Part shown: one piece after another, positions 9,947-20,388 of the stretch
Layout of the letters: each line of letters starts with the position of its first letter
Position numbering within the stretch: position 1 is the stretch's first letter
Virus record (IMG/VR): IMGVR_UViG_3300009503_000955
DNA: 64,000 bases
From: an uncultured virus (IMG/VR IMGVR_UViG_3300009503_000955)
Taxonomy: Duplodnaviria; Heunggongvirae; Uroviricota; Caudoviricetes
Reading direction: 5' to 3' (one strand)
Notes under the pieces: model-generated
Database searches by the model: none
What the model was told of the DNA's origin: nothing
Seen by the model: only the letters and a program-made list of their open reading frames with translations
Program-made: the position numbers and the translations under genes

Positions 9947-10440
9947 GTTATATATATGTAAGAGATGTTTCAATATTAGAAATTTTTGATTATTTAAAAA
10001 ATGAACTTGAAAAAGAAATACAACTTATAAATGAAGTTATAAAAAAATATGAAAGTGAAAATGAGTTAAGAGGAATATTATTTGGTGATTATCAGATTAT
10101 TGGGGAGTATCCAGCAATAACCATAGGGGCGTCTGGTGAAGATATAAATTGGATTGCTACTGATGCTACTCAACAAAATGTTTTTAATTTAATAATTATG
10201 TGTTATGTAAAGAACTTAGCAAGAGAAGAAACTGAAAAATATATTGTAGAATTTGGTGAAACTATTAGAAAAATATTAACTCATCCATCACGATTACGGT
10301 TTAAAACTAGTGATGGGGTAGTTTGGGATTCTATTGTAAGTAGAATAGATTTTGGAACAATAAAAGGAGGTAGTGTGAAAGCATGTAGATTATCATATAC
10401 AGCAAAAAGTTGGACGCCTATTGGTATAGTAAAAAACTAA
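9943..10440 (+). CDS. Tail terminator/completion protein
   Basis: Size, YPAITI motif, and position directly before the tube gene. Confidence 0.6.
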   Translation: MSYIYVRDVSILEIFDYLKNELEKEIQLINEVIKKYESENELRGILFGDYQIIGEYPAITIGASGEDINWIATDATQQNVFNLIIMCYVKNLAREETEKYIVEFGETIRKILTHPSRLRFKTSDGVVWDSIVSRIDFGTIKGGSVKACRLSYTAKSWTPIGIVKN

Positions 10441-10464
10441 AAAAGTAAAAAGGAGGTGTATAAA

Positions 10465-11472
10465 ATGGCTATTACTCAGTATAGAGATGCAAGAGGTGTA
10501 GGTTATACTGGTTGGGTTAAAATTGCAAAATCTGAAGTAGAAGGTGATTATATGGCTCTTCCTGTTACTGCTTGTTCTCTTGAGAAAACTCCAGGTAAGA
10601 TTATTCCAGATAATTTAATACATGGTTCTTCTAGTGATGAAGCAGCAAGTCAGGTAGTATGGGCATGGGGAGCGAATGCGTATGGTGGAGATATAAGTAC
10701 ATTATTCTTTAAGAAAATGCTTGAAGCAAACTTTTGGGATTGGCTAATAAACAAAAGAACTTTAGGTAGAACTGTAATAGCATCTCCAGATAATTATAAT
10801 GTATGGAAGTATAAAAATTGCTATGTTTCAGAGTTTACTATTAGTGGTAATGTACCTACTGGTGCAGGAGGTACGCCTATTGAAGTAAGGTTTAGTGTTG
10901 TTGCAACAGGAAGAGAAAAACTTTCTGGTGATTCTTATTTACCTACAGCTAGTGAATATGAAGGATTTATAACTAATCCTAATCATTTAGGTGATGCTCC
11001 TATTCCTGGTTGGAGGTCAAATGTTTATTATGCAGGATTTAAAGCTCCAACAGGTTCAAGTGATCCAAATATATATCCAACTGCTTGGAGTATTACAGTA
11101 AGGAATAATCCAACTACTCTTTATGTAGCAAATGGGGAAAGAGATCCAAAATGGGTTAAACAAGGTATTATGACAGTAACTGGAACTGTTACTTTATATC
11201 ATCCTGATGGAGTACCATTACCTGAAGATTCTGTTATTGAAAGTTATAATAAAAATGGAGCATTAACAATAACTATTTATGGTGAAGGAACAACACCTGC
11301 TAATGATCCAGAAACTAGTGAGAATTTAACTACAGCGTTGAGAATTACAATTCCTTATATAGTAATTACAAGATATGCACAACCATTTGCTGCTCCAGCT
11401 GCTCCAGTTGTAAGAACAGTTGATTTTACTGGATTAGGAAGTGCAACAGAAAAAGCAATTAAATTTGAATAA
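10465..11472 (+). CDS. Major tail tube protein
   Basis: Beta-rich, with GGDIS, VSEFTISG and WSITVRNN..VTGTVTLY tube-type motifs. AGGAGG favours ATG 10465. Synteny with chaperone and tape measure. Confidence 0.75.
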   Translation: MAITQYRDARGVGYTGWVKIAKSEVEGDYMALPVTACSLEKTPGKIIPDNLIHGSSSDEAASQVVWAWGANAYGGDISTLFFKKMLEANFWDWLINKRTLGRTVIASPDNYNVWKYKNCYVSEFTISGNVPTGAGGTPIEVRFSVVATGREKLSGDSYLPTASEYEGFITNPNHLGDAPIPGWRSNVYYAGFKAPTGSSDPNIYPTAWSITVRNNPTTLYVANGERDPKWVKQGIMTVTGTVTLYHPDGVPLPEDSVIESYNKNGALTITIYGEGTTPANDPETSENLTTALRITIPYIVITRYAQPFAAPAAPVVRTVDFTGLGSATEKAIKFE

Positions 11473-11521
11473 TTTTCAGTATAGTTTTATGTGATTAAGA
11501 ATAATATAAAGGGGGTGAATA

Positions 11522-11944
11522 ATGGCGTTAATTAGTTCTAGTTTATTCACTAAAATTGTAGATAGGTTAGCTTACCAATATAAAGAAATAAAAAGTGGAA
11601 TAGAACATGGTATTGGTACAGGAACAAACGGTCCTTATTTTGATAATATTACTGATACTGATGATTATGAAATTGAAAAACTTTTTTTAGATGCTTCTTA
11701 TAATTTTGATAATTCTTATAATACTACTAATATTGTATCTGGAAGACAAGCTATATCTTCTTTGTTTTCTTCTATGGTAAACTTAATAGCTGCACATTTA
11801 AATACTCATCAATATGCAACTTATGATGAGTATTTAAGTGGAATGGATATTAAAGTAAGTAGAGATTTTGCTGAGCTATATCATATTATAACAGGTAGAA
11901 CTATTGATAATGAATATATTGAAGATAGAGAAACAAGCTTATAA
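11522..11944 (+). CDS. Hypothetical, probably structural protein
   Basis: GGGGGTG SD, inside the tail module. Confidence 0.65.
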   Translation: MALISSSLFTKIVDRLAYQYKEIKSGIEHGIGTGTNGPYFDNITDTDDYEIEKLFLDASYNFDNSYNTTNIVSGRQAISSLFSSMVNLIAAHLNTHQYATYDEYLSGMDIKVSRDFAELYHIITGRTIDNEYIEDRETSL

Positions 11945-11949
11945 TGTTA

Positions 11950-11987
11950 GAAACTTTTTACTAGTTAGGAGCATCTAAATATATAGA
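11950..11987 (+). promoter_or_regulatory. ECF-sigma-like promoter motif copy 1
   Basis: GAAACTTTTT-ACTAGTTA-GGAGCATCTAAATATATAGA, intergenic, upstream of 12017. Confidence 0.75.
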
Positions 11988-12016
11988 GAAGGTATAATTG
12001 AAAGAAAGGAGGAAAA

Positions 12017-12343
12017 ATGAGTATTATTGTTTGTAAGAAATGTAAAGAACCTATGGATGCGAATGACTTTTTCAATAATAATGGTTTTTGTCAAAATTGT
12101 GGAAATAGTTTGGGTAAAGAAGAAGTTATAAAAATAGGAGAGTCGGAAAGGCTAAAAATGCATGCAAAAAAGAAAAGTGAAAAGTATGTTCCTTATGTAC
12201 AAAATTCAAATTGTGGACAAGCATATCAAGCATATGATGACCCATTTAATAGTATTGGATCTCTTATTTTGCTTTTAATTCCAGGTGGTTTTATTATAGT
12301 ATTATTAGGTTTATTATTTTCAGCTTGTGATAATAGACGTTAA
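12017..12343 (+). CDS. Zinc-ribbon plus C-terminal TM protein (moron-like insert in the tail module)
   Basis: CKKC..CQNC, hydrophobic C-terminus, and its own promoter motif. Confidence 0.7.
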   Translation: MSIIVCKKCKEPMDANDFFNNNGFCQNCGNSLGKEEVIKIGESERLKMHAKKKSEKYVPYVQNSNCGQAYQAYDDPFNSIGSLILLLIPGGFIIVLLGLLFSACDNRR

Positions 12344-12388
12344 TTATATTTATTATTTTATAAGGAAGAACCTAAAAAGGAGGAAAAA

Positions 12389-12871
12389 ATGGCAAAGTAT
12401 AAAGTAGAAGGAAGAACCTTTAAGGTACATATCGTAGTAGATGTATCTAAGACATATCCAAAACTCCTTCCTGATACTGAAAAAGAAAAAGCTAAAACTG
12501 ATTCTAATATAAAAATAGAGTGGGCTGAATTTTTATATTGGAATTGGGAATTAGCTTCTATTATTAATAAAGAAGCAAGAAATCCAGATGGTTCTATAGA
12601 TTTTATTAAATTAAGAGAAGCAAAATTGAAATATTTACTTATTGATTGGTCATTAGAAGAAGACGGTAAAAAAATTAAAATAGAAAGAAAAAATAAGACA
12701 TTAACTCCAGAATGTCTAAAAGAAATAAAAGAAATTCATCCTGTTATTTTAAATGCGTTTTTAAATAAAGCTGATTTAATATTAGAGTTAGGGGAGGAAG
12801 AAGAAGATTTTTTTATAAAAAATTCTCCGCCTACTGGGGAACAATCTACTCAGGCGGAGAAGCAAGATTAG
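12389..12871 (+). CDS. Tail assembly chaperone (lambda gpG-like)
   Basis: Lies between tube and tape measure, has the LIDWSL motif, and carries a slippery site near its 3' end. Confidence 0.8.
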   Translation: MAKYKVEGRTFKVHIVVDVSKTYPKLLPDTEKEKAKTDSNIKIEWAEFLYWNWELASIINKEARNPDGSIDFIKLREAKLKYLLIDWSLEEDGKKIKIERKNKTLTPECLKEIKEIHPVILNAFLNKADLILELGEEEEDFFIKNSPPTGEQSTQAEKQD

Positions 12872-13035
12872 ATGATAGTGATTTACAAACATTAAGTATT
12901 TATGGTTTATTTCATGAAAAATACGGGTTTAATAAAGAAGAAGTAGATAAGTTAGACCCAAAATTAGTAAGAAAAGTTGTTATATTTCATAATATAGAAG
13001 GTCAAATAAGAGAACAAAGGTTAAAAAAAGTTTAA
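12808..13035 (+). CDS. -1 frameshift extension of the tail chaperone (gpGT-like), not in the ORF track
   Basis: T TTT TTT at 12808-12814, then a 10-bp stem TTCTCCGCCT/AGGCGGAGAA (12823-12861). The -1 frame is open to TAA 13033-13035 and encodes ..HEKYGFNKEEVDKLDP... Confidence 0.85.
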   Translation, partial: FFYKKFSAYWGTIYSGGEARLDDSDLQTLSIYGLFHEKYGFNKEEVDKLDPKLVRKVVIFHNIEGQIREQRLKKV

Positions 13036-13062
13036 TATAATAAATAAAAAGAGGTGTAAAAA

Positions 13063-16000
13063 ATGCCAGAAGGTGGACAAGGTCCTTTTGTTCCAACAGG
13101 TGGCGGTGTAGATTTAGGTTCGGTTGTTGAAGGTGTTAGAGAAGTATTTGAAGCTATTGGAGGATTTTATACTAGATATATTACTCAGATGTTTACTTTC
13201 TTTCCTAGTTTGACAGAAAGTGTTATGAATACAAGCCGCCAGATTAATGAATTAAATAATAGATTTAGAGAATTTGCTAGTACTAGTTTTACTACATTAC
13301 AACAAAAATTAACTGAAACTGCTTGGAGTTTAAATCTTGTAACCACTAGATTTGCTAGTTTATATGAGCGATTAAGAGATTTAGATAGTGCTGGTGTATT
13401 ATCCGTTGAAACTATTAAAAATTTAGGAAATACTTTAAGTAATGTTTATCCTAAAGGAGAACAACTTGCACAAGCTATAGATAGAGTAGGTTCAGTAATT
13501 GCAAAATTTCCCTCCTTAGCTCCATATGTATCCACAGGTAGAGCCATCCCTGAAGAAGAAATTAGAAGATTAGTATCTATGTATGGTGCACAAATGAGAG
13601 AGCCTCTTATGGCACTTATGGAATATCAAAGAGCAGCAGTTTTAGGTGCACCTACTACTTATCCTGGTAGAGCAGCTGCAGAAGCAAGAGAACGTATACA
13701 AACAAGATTTGATATAGTGACACAAAGATTTGGTGAAACTGTTGGAAGATTATCTCCATTTTTAGGTGAATTAGTTGCTGCTATTCCTATGTTAATGGGT
13801 GCAAGAGGATATAGAAGAGAAATAAGAAGAATTTTAGGAATTGGCGGTATAAGTGGTGCGGGTAGGGGTGTTGGTGTTGTAGGTGGTGTTGGTGGTGTAG
13901 GTGGTGGTGGAGTAGCAGCATTATTACAACAAGTTGCTGGTGGGTTATATATGCCTTCATTCGTTAGACCTGAGTGGTATCCTGCTAGAAGGGCACGGTT
14001 ACCTGTTAAAATGGAAGCTATGAGAGCATTTGGAGAAATGTATAGTGGAAGACCTGAATGGAGAGAAGCATTTCCTTGGTATCAACGATTTACATTTATG
14101 CATCCTGAAGCTATGAATATATTAGCTGGTTTGACTAGAGGTGGATTATTTGGTGGTGGTGTTGGAATAGGTGTAAGTGCTGTAGCTGCTGGTATGGGTG
14201 CTACTCCTTTAACACAAGCGTTAAGTGGTGTATTTAGTGGTGCATTAACTGGTTTCTTTACTGGTGCAGGTCCTTGGGGAGCAGTTATGGGTGCAATAGT
14301 AGGAGGAATACCAGGTATTTTTGCTCTTATAAATAAGAAAAAAGCAGATGAAGAAAGAGCAAGAGAAGAAGAAAAACAACGAAATTTAAAATGGATGGAA
14401 GATCAATTAAAACGTCTTGAAGATATTAATAAATCATTATTTTTATTAGAACAGCGTATTTTTCCATTACAACGAAATTTAGACTTGATAGGTACAAGAC
14501 TTCAATATGCTTCTGCACTTGGTTATGGACCAGGTGTTGAATTAGGATTAATGAGACAACAAGCAGAATATATGAGAGCTATTGGTGCAGAAAGAATGAG
14601 AACTGCACAACAAATGGCAAGAGAACAAGGATGGACACCTGAATTATGGAAAACTTATTTAGAAGGATATAACCAAATATTAGGAGCACAACAAAAAATA
14701 TTAGAAATAGAAGGTAAACGAGTTGAATATACGAAGCAATTAAGAGATACTACTAGTGGATTATTAGACTTTGTAGAGCAAGAAGGTTACTTAAAATCTC
14801 AATTTCCTGGATTAATGCAAGCTAATCTTAATCTTGTAGATAAAGAAATTGAAGCAAGAAAAAGATTGTTATCAAGTTATGCTGACCAAAATAGTATGCA
14901 AGCTATAAATCAGAAGATAGAGATAGCACGATTAGAAGTAATAAAGAAAAGACTTGAATTTGAAGCTGAAGTTTTGCAAAGAATTAAAGATCAACAATAT
15001 GTATTAGGTATGCAAAAAGAAGGATATAATACTCTTTTAAGTATGGCACAACAAATTCAAGCGCCATGGTCAATTCAAATGAATTTGATGAAAAATATTA
15101 CTGAAGTTAGTAAACGAAATTATGAATTAAGTAAAGAAGCTTATCAAGCAGCATTAGATCATAATAGACCAATTAGAGAACAATTAGAGCTTAGAAATAA
15201 GATGGTACAAAGCGCACAAGAATATGTTAATTCATTACTTTATGCAAGAAGGACTTTATTTGAACAAATGGCTGCTGGATTTATGGGTGGTGGAGGAACA
15301 GCTGCTGGAGCATTACCTGTTTTAACTCCAGAAGGTATGTGGAAAGGACCTGCGTGGTATAGAGGAGCAATATTAGGAACAACTGAAGGTAGACCTACAG
15401 GAATAACTTGGCAAGAAATGATGGAACAAATGTTTGGAACTATAGCTGAACAAACTACTTTATTTGAAAATATGGTAGCAAATTCTAAAACTACAGTTTC
15501 ACTTATTAAAGATGGAACAAATGTTTCTTTAGATAATTTAAATGCTGGTGTATCTAATATGGATACTGCTTTATCTGATTTATCTACTAGTATACCACAA
15601 GGTTTTCAAGATGTAGTTCAAAGTATAGAACATTTAAGTAATAATATAGAAAGTTGGTTAGCAGAAAAACCAGCTACTGGTATGGGAGGTCCTGCTGTTC
15701 CGCCAGGTAGTACAGCTCAATTGCAATTAGAAAAAGAAAGAGAAAAACAAGAAAAAGAACAAGAAAGACAAAAAAGATTAGAATGGCTTCATAAAGCACA
15801 AGAGGAAGCAGCAAAAGGAGCATTACCATCTACTTATACATTTTGGAGGCGAGCAAGAACAATACAGAAAAAATTAGAAGAAAAATTTGGAAAACCTATA
15901 GAAATCCCTAAAGAATTTCAACATGGTGGAATTGTAGAAAGACCAACTATAGCTATGATGGGAGAAACTGGTGCTGAAGCAGTAATTCCACTACGAAATG

Positions 16001-16119
16001 GTAGAGTTCCTGTTGAAATAATAAATAGTTCTTTGAAACCGCCAACTGTTAATGTTAGTGTGTATATTGGTAATAAAAAAATAGAAGATTATCTTTATCA
16101 AGCTTATACACAACCATAA
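13063..16119 (+). CDS. Tape measure protein
   Basis: 1018 aa, helical/coiled-coil with Gly/Ala-rich hydrophobic segments, C-terminal FQHGGIVERPTIAMMGETGAEAVIPL motif, and follows G/GT. Confidence 0.9.
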   Translation: MPEGGQGPFVPTGGGVDLGSVVEGVREVFEAIGGFYTRYITQMFTFFPSLTESVMNTSRQINELNNRFREFASTSFTTLQQKLTETAWSLNLVTTRFASLYERLRDLDSAGVLSVETIKNLGNTLSNVYPKGEQLAQAIDRVGSVIAKFPSLAPYVSTGRAIPEEEIRRLVSMYGAQMREPLMALMEYQRAAVLGAPTTYPGRAAAEARERIQTRFDIVTQRFGETVGRLSPFLGELVAAIPMLMGARGYRREIRRILGIGGISGAGRGVGVVGGVGGVGGGGVAALLQQVAGGLYMPSFVRPEWYPARRARLPVKMEAMRAFGEMYSGRPEWREAFPWYQRFTFMHPEAMNILAGLTRGGLFGGGVGIGVSAVAAGMGATPLTQALSGVFSGALTGFFTGAGPWGAVMGAIVGGIPGIFALINKKKADEERAREEEKQRNLKWMEDQLKRLEDINKSLFLLEQRIFPLQRNLDLIGTRLQYASALGYGPGVELGLMRQQAEYMRAIGAERMRTAQQMAREQGWTPELWKTYLEGYNQILGAQQKILEIEGKRVEYTKQLRDTTSGLLDFVEQEGYLKSQFPGLMQANLNLVDKEIEARKRLLSSYADQNSMQAINQKIEIARLEVIKKRLEFEAEVLQRIKDQQYVLGMQKEGYNTLLSMAQQIQAPWSIQMNLMKNITEVSKRNYELSKEAYQAALDHNRPIREQLELRNKMVQSAQEYVNSLLYARRTLFEQMAAGFMGGGGTAAGALPVLTPEGMWKGPAWYRGAILGTTEGRPTGITWQEMMEQMFGTIAEQTTLFENMVANSKTTVSLIKDGTNVSLDNLNAGVSNMDTALSDLSTSIPQGFQDVVQSIEHLSNNIESWLAEKPATGMGGPAVPPGSTAQLQLEKEREKQEKEQERQKRLEWLHKAQEEAAKGALPSTYTFWRRARTIQKKLEEKFGKPIEIPKEFQHGGIVERPTIAMMGETGAEAVIPLRNGRVPVEIINSSLKPPTVNVSVYIGNKKIEDYLYQAYTQP

Positions 16120-16125
16120 AGTAAA

Positions 16126-18897
16126 ATGGCGAATATTATAAATGAAAAAGCTGTTGGATTTAGGCCTGGAACACCAAAGATTACTTTAAATTGGGATAGT
16201 GATTATAGATGGTATCATAGATATGAAAATATAAAAGTAAATGCAGCTGATTTAGTAAGTAATACAGCTGTTAAAAATAAAGATGAAAATGCTGGTATTA
16301 TAAATCCCAATGAAACTAGTAATATGAGTGAATTTCATTTAAATAATGCTGTTTATAATACTTTAGTGAATGGAATTCAACCAACACCTGAAATAGATTT
16401 TTCTGATAGAGGATTATTAAGACTTTCTAATGTAGTAGAACCTAATAATAATAAAGTATATGTAAACTCAAAAGAAGTACCTGTTTTTGTTGAAAATACT
16501 AGTATTAATAGTAATATATTTCTAGACCAAGATGTTACACTTGTAGATGTACTTTGGAATTCTACTAAAGTAAAACCTAATAATAATAATAATACATCTA
16601 CTGCATTTTATTTTATGTGTTCTCATTTTATGCCTCCACCTAACTTTAAAAAGATGGTTGAAGAAAAAGGTGAGCTCTTCGATATAGGTCATTTCTTAGA
16701 TATGTATGATAAAGGTTATTATACATCTGTATATGTACTTTTTACTGTACAAGGAAAAAACACACACCATTTTGTATTACAATTTATATTTTCTGAAACA
16801 ATGTCAAGTTTAACAGGAAGTATTAAATTATATAATATTAGTGATTATAAACTTAACAAAGCAATAAAAATGAATAAATTTTGGTTAGCAGAATGGAATG
16901 CGTTAAGTGATGGAAATGGTATTATTTGTAAACCAACTGATTCTATAATAGATAAATTTGAATACTTATTTTTAACTAAAAATAGTTCAAAAAAAGGTGT
17001 TATAACTCGTGCCGTAGCGGGATATATGTTGAAGTTAGAAGAAATGAGTTTTCGTGGAGAAGAAAGTACTATTAATAATAAAATTTTTTATAGTTGTATT
17101 ATACAAGTAATAGATAAAACTTTAACATTGCAACCACCTCCTATTGGTAATATTGTTTGGAGTGAAGGTGAAAAATATAATCTTCCTAATGAAGAAGTTA
17201 CAGCAGATAGTGAACTTAGAGAACAAAAAGATGAATTACAAAAATGTAGTATTACTATTGATGCAATAGTTAATAGAGGTCATCCAGCAATATTTCAGCT
17301 TTTTAAAGTAAAATATCCAGAAGGTTTTGTTACAGAAGGTCCTATACATACAGATGTTGGCAAAAAACCTTATTATATATCTCTTCCTTCTTCTAAAAAT
17401 GTAAATATTCCTTCTAATCATATAACATTAGATTTTATTGATCAACAAAAAAAAGATTCTCTTGAATTTAAAGTTGAATTTAAAGAATTTAATTATAAAG
17501 AATATTTACCTCTTTTTAGGAATGCTGTATTTGGATATGATCCTGATGAAATAAAACCAGAAAAACCTAGTTGGTGGGTAGATAATATATATCCAACTTC
17601 TATTAATGGAACAGAAAAAATGGATGGAATTTCTTTTAATTTAGGTTTTTATATTCCGCCAGATACTACTGATAATGATTTAATAAAAACAAGAGAGTTT
17701 TTACAAAAATTAAAAGGGGTATATCCAGTTACTTTAAAAATAGAAGTAGTAGATGGTGAATCTGATATAGATAAAGAAATTGTTTTTAAAGGATTTATTA
17801 CTTCTGGTATAAGTAGGAGAAGAGATGCTCAAAAAGGAGAATTATATATAACTTTTAGTGATAGAAGTTATATGTTAAAACATCAAATTGTTATGGGATT
17901 ACCTTTTTATGATGGTTGGGGACATGTATCTGCATTAAAGGATTTATTAGCAAGAGCTGGTTATCTTAGGGATACACCAACTAGTAAACAAGATGGTTTT
18001 CAATTATCAATACCTATGGATAGAAAGCCTGAATTTGATTTTAAGATGGGAACTTCTTTTTATAATTGTATAAAAAGAATTGTTGAATATGTTGGAGAAT
18101 GGTTTATAGTAGAAAGAAATGGTACTTTTTCCTTAAAAACACCAAAAGATGTATACATTAGTTTAACAGATTTTATGGATAAGTTAGGTAAAACAATATC
18201 AGGAGAAGAAACACAGTTTTCATTTAAACCTCAAATAATAAGTGGAATGAATGTTTGTATGTTTTTTGAAGAAATTTTAAGTAGAAATATGGGATGGTTT
18301 AATATTATTTTGTCTCCTTTAGAATATAGTGAAGGTTTTGATAGTTCTTATAATTTATATGCAGTTTTTGGATTACTTCCAGCATATACGAGAAAAAAAG
18401 GAAAATTAGAAATTAGTTCTTATAGTGCTTATTTAGCTAAAAAGATACCAGCAACATGGAGTACACTTATTGAAAGAATAAAAAATATGGATAAAAATGT
18501 AGAAAATGGTTTAGAGTATGTATATTTCCCCTTTGCAAAGAATGCTTTATTTTCAGAACCTGATTTAAATACTATTGAAGCGGTAGAAACTAAAGCAAAA
18601 AAAGAAGCAAAACGATTATTTATGCCTCAAACTTCTGTATCATTTACAACTTTTGGTAATTATTATTGTAAACCGTTTAGTATAGCTGTTATTGTTGAAA
18701 CAAGTGAACCTAAAATAATTGTAGATAGAGGTGAAAAATCTTATGGATTAGGAATAGGAGTATTTTTAATTGAAGAAGTAAATCATACTATAGATGTTAA
18801 TAATAAAACTTGGTTTGTCACTTTAAAAGGATTACGAATTTATGAAGATGAAGATTTTTATCCAAGTCCAAGTGATTTTACACCAATTAATAGGTAA
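16126..18897 (+). CDS. Tail tip/hub-like protein
   Basis: Follows the tape measure. C-terminal half has hub-like motifs (VFKGFIT, ITFSDRSYML, FLIEEVNHTID). Confidence 0.6.
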   Translation: MANIINEKAVGFRPGTPKITLNWDSDYRWYHRYENIKVNAADLVSNTAVKNKDENAGIINPNETSNMSEFHLNNAVYNTLVNGIQPTPEIDFSDRGLLRLSNVVEPNNNKVYVNSKEVPVFVENTSINSNIFLDQDVTLVDVLWNSTKVKPNNNNNTSTAFYFMCSHFMPPPNFKKMVEEKGELFDIGHFLDMYDKGYYTSVYVLFTVQGKNTHHFVLQFIFSETMSSLTGSIKLYNISDYKLNKAIKMNKFWLAEWNALSDGNGIICKPTDSIIDKFEYLFLTKNSSKKGVITRAVAGYMLKLEEMSFRGEESTINNKIFYSCIIQVIDKTLTLQPPPIGNIVWSEGEKYNLPNEEVTADSELREQKDELQKCSITIDAIVNRGHPAIFQLFKVKYPEGFVTEGPIHTDVGKKPYYISLPSSKNVNIPSNHITLDFIDQQKKDSLEFKVEFKEFNYKEYLPLFRNAVFGYDPDEIKPEKPSWWVDNIYPTSINGTEKMDGISFNLGFYIPPDTTDNDLIKTREFLQKLKGVYPVTLKIEVVDGESDIDKEIVFKGFITSGISRRRDAQKGELYITFSDRSYMLKHQIVMGLPFYDGWGHVSALKDLLARAGYLRDTPTSKQDGFQLSIPMDRKPEFDFKMGTSFYNCIKRIVEYVGEWFIVERNGTFSLKTPKDVYISLTDFMDKLGKTISGEETQFSFKPQIISGMNVCMFFEEILSRNMGWFNIILSPLEYSEGFDSSYNLYAVFGLLPAYTRKKGKLEISSYSAYLAKKIPATWSTLIERIKNMDKNVENGLEYVYFPFAKNALFSEPDLNTIEAVETKAKKEAKRLFMPQTSVSFTTFGNYYCKPFSIAVIVETSEPKIIVDRGEKSYGLGIGVFLIEEVNHTIDVNNKTWFVTLKGLRIYEDEDFYPSPSDFTPINR

Positions 18898-18942
18898 AAA
18901 CTTAATTTTACAACTTTTATTATGTAAAAAGGAGTTTAGAAA

Positions 18943-19134
18943 ATGAGAGATTTATATAGAGTAATTTTAAATAGAATATCAAAAGATTTTGGAGTAGATA
19001 GAAGAATATCTCGTTTTTTACCAAAATCTGATATTTTTGATCCTGATGTTTATTATATGGATACTATTCCTGAAAAAGATGGAACTTTACTTACATCATC
19101 AACTAGACTTACTAAAAATAAACAATTTAAATAA
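18943..19134 (+). CDS. Hypothetical protein
   Basis: AGGAG SD. Confidence 0.6.
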   Translation: MRDLYRVILNRISKDFGVDRRISRFLPKSDIFDPDVYYMDTIPEKDGTLLTSSTRLTKNKQFK

Positions 19135-19139
19135 TAAAA

Positions 19140-19811
19140 ATGTATAAACTATCCATATTTTATAAAAAAGGAGTAAAGTTATATAGACCAACTGAAGAAG
19201 AAATAAAAAGAAGGCAAGAAGAGTTTAGGAAAATAAAATTAGAAGAACTTACGAAAGTTGTAGAAGAAATATTAAAAATACCTCATAAGAAACGAGCGGA
19301 TGGTAAGTATGATATTTATGGAGATGTATATTTAGATAATATGTACTTAACGAGTTTATTAGAATTACCTATTAGATTTGGTAAAGTGTATGGAATTTTT
19401 TCTTGTTATAATAATCAGCTTAAAGATTTAAGAGGAGCGCCAGAGTATGTAGGTAAAAGTTTTTGGTGTGGCCATAATGAACTTACAAGTTTAGAAGGAG
19501 CACCTATATATGTGAATGGCACTTTTCTTTGTAGTGATAATCATCTTAGAGATTTAAAAGGAGCGCCGGCATATGTAGGTGGACATTTTGATTGTAGTTA
19601 TAATAAGCTTATAAGTTTAGAAGGAGTACCAAAATCTATAAGTGGAGTTTTTCGTTGTAATAATAATCAGCTTAGAGATTTAAAAGAGGCTCCAGAGTAT
19701 GTAGGTGGAGATTTTCATATTCAGAATAATCGTAAGAAATTTACAGAAGAAGAAATAAGGAAAGTAGTAAATGTAAAAGGTGATGTATATGTAGGTGATA
19801 TATATGTATAA
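19140..19811 (+). CDS. Leucine-rich-repeat-like protein (22-aa LxSLEGAPxYVGGxFxCxxN repeats), paralog 1
   Basis: About five 22-aa repeats are visible. Confidence 0.85.
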   Translation: MYKLSIFYKKGVKLYRPTEEEIKRRQEEFRKIKLEELTKVVEEILKIPHKKRADGKYDIYGDVYLDNMYLTSLLELPIRFGKVYGIFSCYNNQLKDLRGAPEYVGKSFWCGHNELTSLEGAPIYVNGTFLCSDNHLRDLKGAPAYVGGHFDCSYNKLISLEGVPKSISGVFRCNNNQLRDLKEAPEYVGGDFHIQNNRKKFTEEEIRKVVNVKGDVYVGDIYV

Positions 19812-20388
19812 ATTATCTATATTTTACAAAAAAGGAGTAAAGCTGTATAGGCCAACTGAAGAAGAGGTAAAAAGGAGACAAGAAGAGTATAAGAGAATAA
19901 GGTCAGAAGAAATTGCAGAAAAAATATTAAAAATACCTCATAAGAAACGAGCAGATGGTAAGTATGATGTTTATGGAAATGTATATTTAGATGATATACG
20001 ATTAATTAGTTTATTAGAAGTACCTATTAGATTTGGTAAAGTATATGGAGATTTTTCATGTCGTTGTAATCATCTTAGAGATTTAAAAGGAGCTCCGGAG
20101 TATGTGAGAAATGGTTTTGATTGTGGTGAGAATCAGCTTATAAGTTTAGAGGGAGCACCAAAGTATGTAGGTGGAAGTTTTTATTGTAATAATAATCAGT
20201 TAGTAAGTTTAGAAGGAGCACCAGAGTATGTAGGTAGGTATTTTTCCTGTAGTGATAATCAGCTTATAAGTTTAGAGGGAGCACCAAAGTATGTAGGTAA
20301 AAATTTTAATATTGCTGATAATCCTAAAAAATTTACAGAAGAAGAAGTAAGAAAAGTAGTAGATGTAAAAGGTGAAGTGTATGTATAA
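19804..20388 (+). CDS. Leucine-rich-repeat-like protein, paralog 2 (tandem duplicate)
   Basis: Same N-terminus MYKLSIFYKKGVKLYRPTEEE, with one fewer repeat. Confidence 0.85.
   Translation: MYKLSIFYKKGVKLYRPTEEEVKRRQEEYKRIRSEEIAEKILKIPHKKRADGKYDVYGNVYLDDIRLISLLEVPIRFGKVYGDFSCRCNHLRDLKGAPEYVRNGFDCGENQLISLEGAPKYVGGSFYCNNNQLVSLEGAPEYVGRYFSCSDNQLISLEGAPKYVGKNFNIADNPKKFTEEEVRKVVDVKGEVYV

Noticed and set aside
9943..13063. Contractile tail sheath gene
   Set aside because: None is recognisable between terminator, tube and chaperone, so the module looks non-contractile, although a sheath elsewhere cannot be excluded.
19140..20388. Diversity-generating retroelement TR/VR pair
   Set aside because: Both copies are full coding paralogs, differences are not restricted to adenines, and there is no reverse transcriptase in the window.
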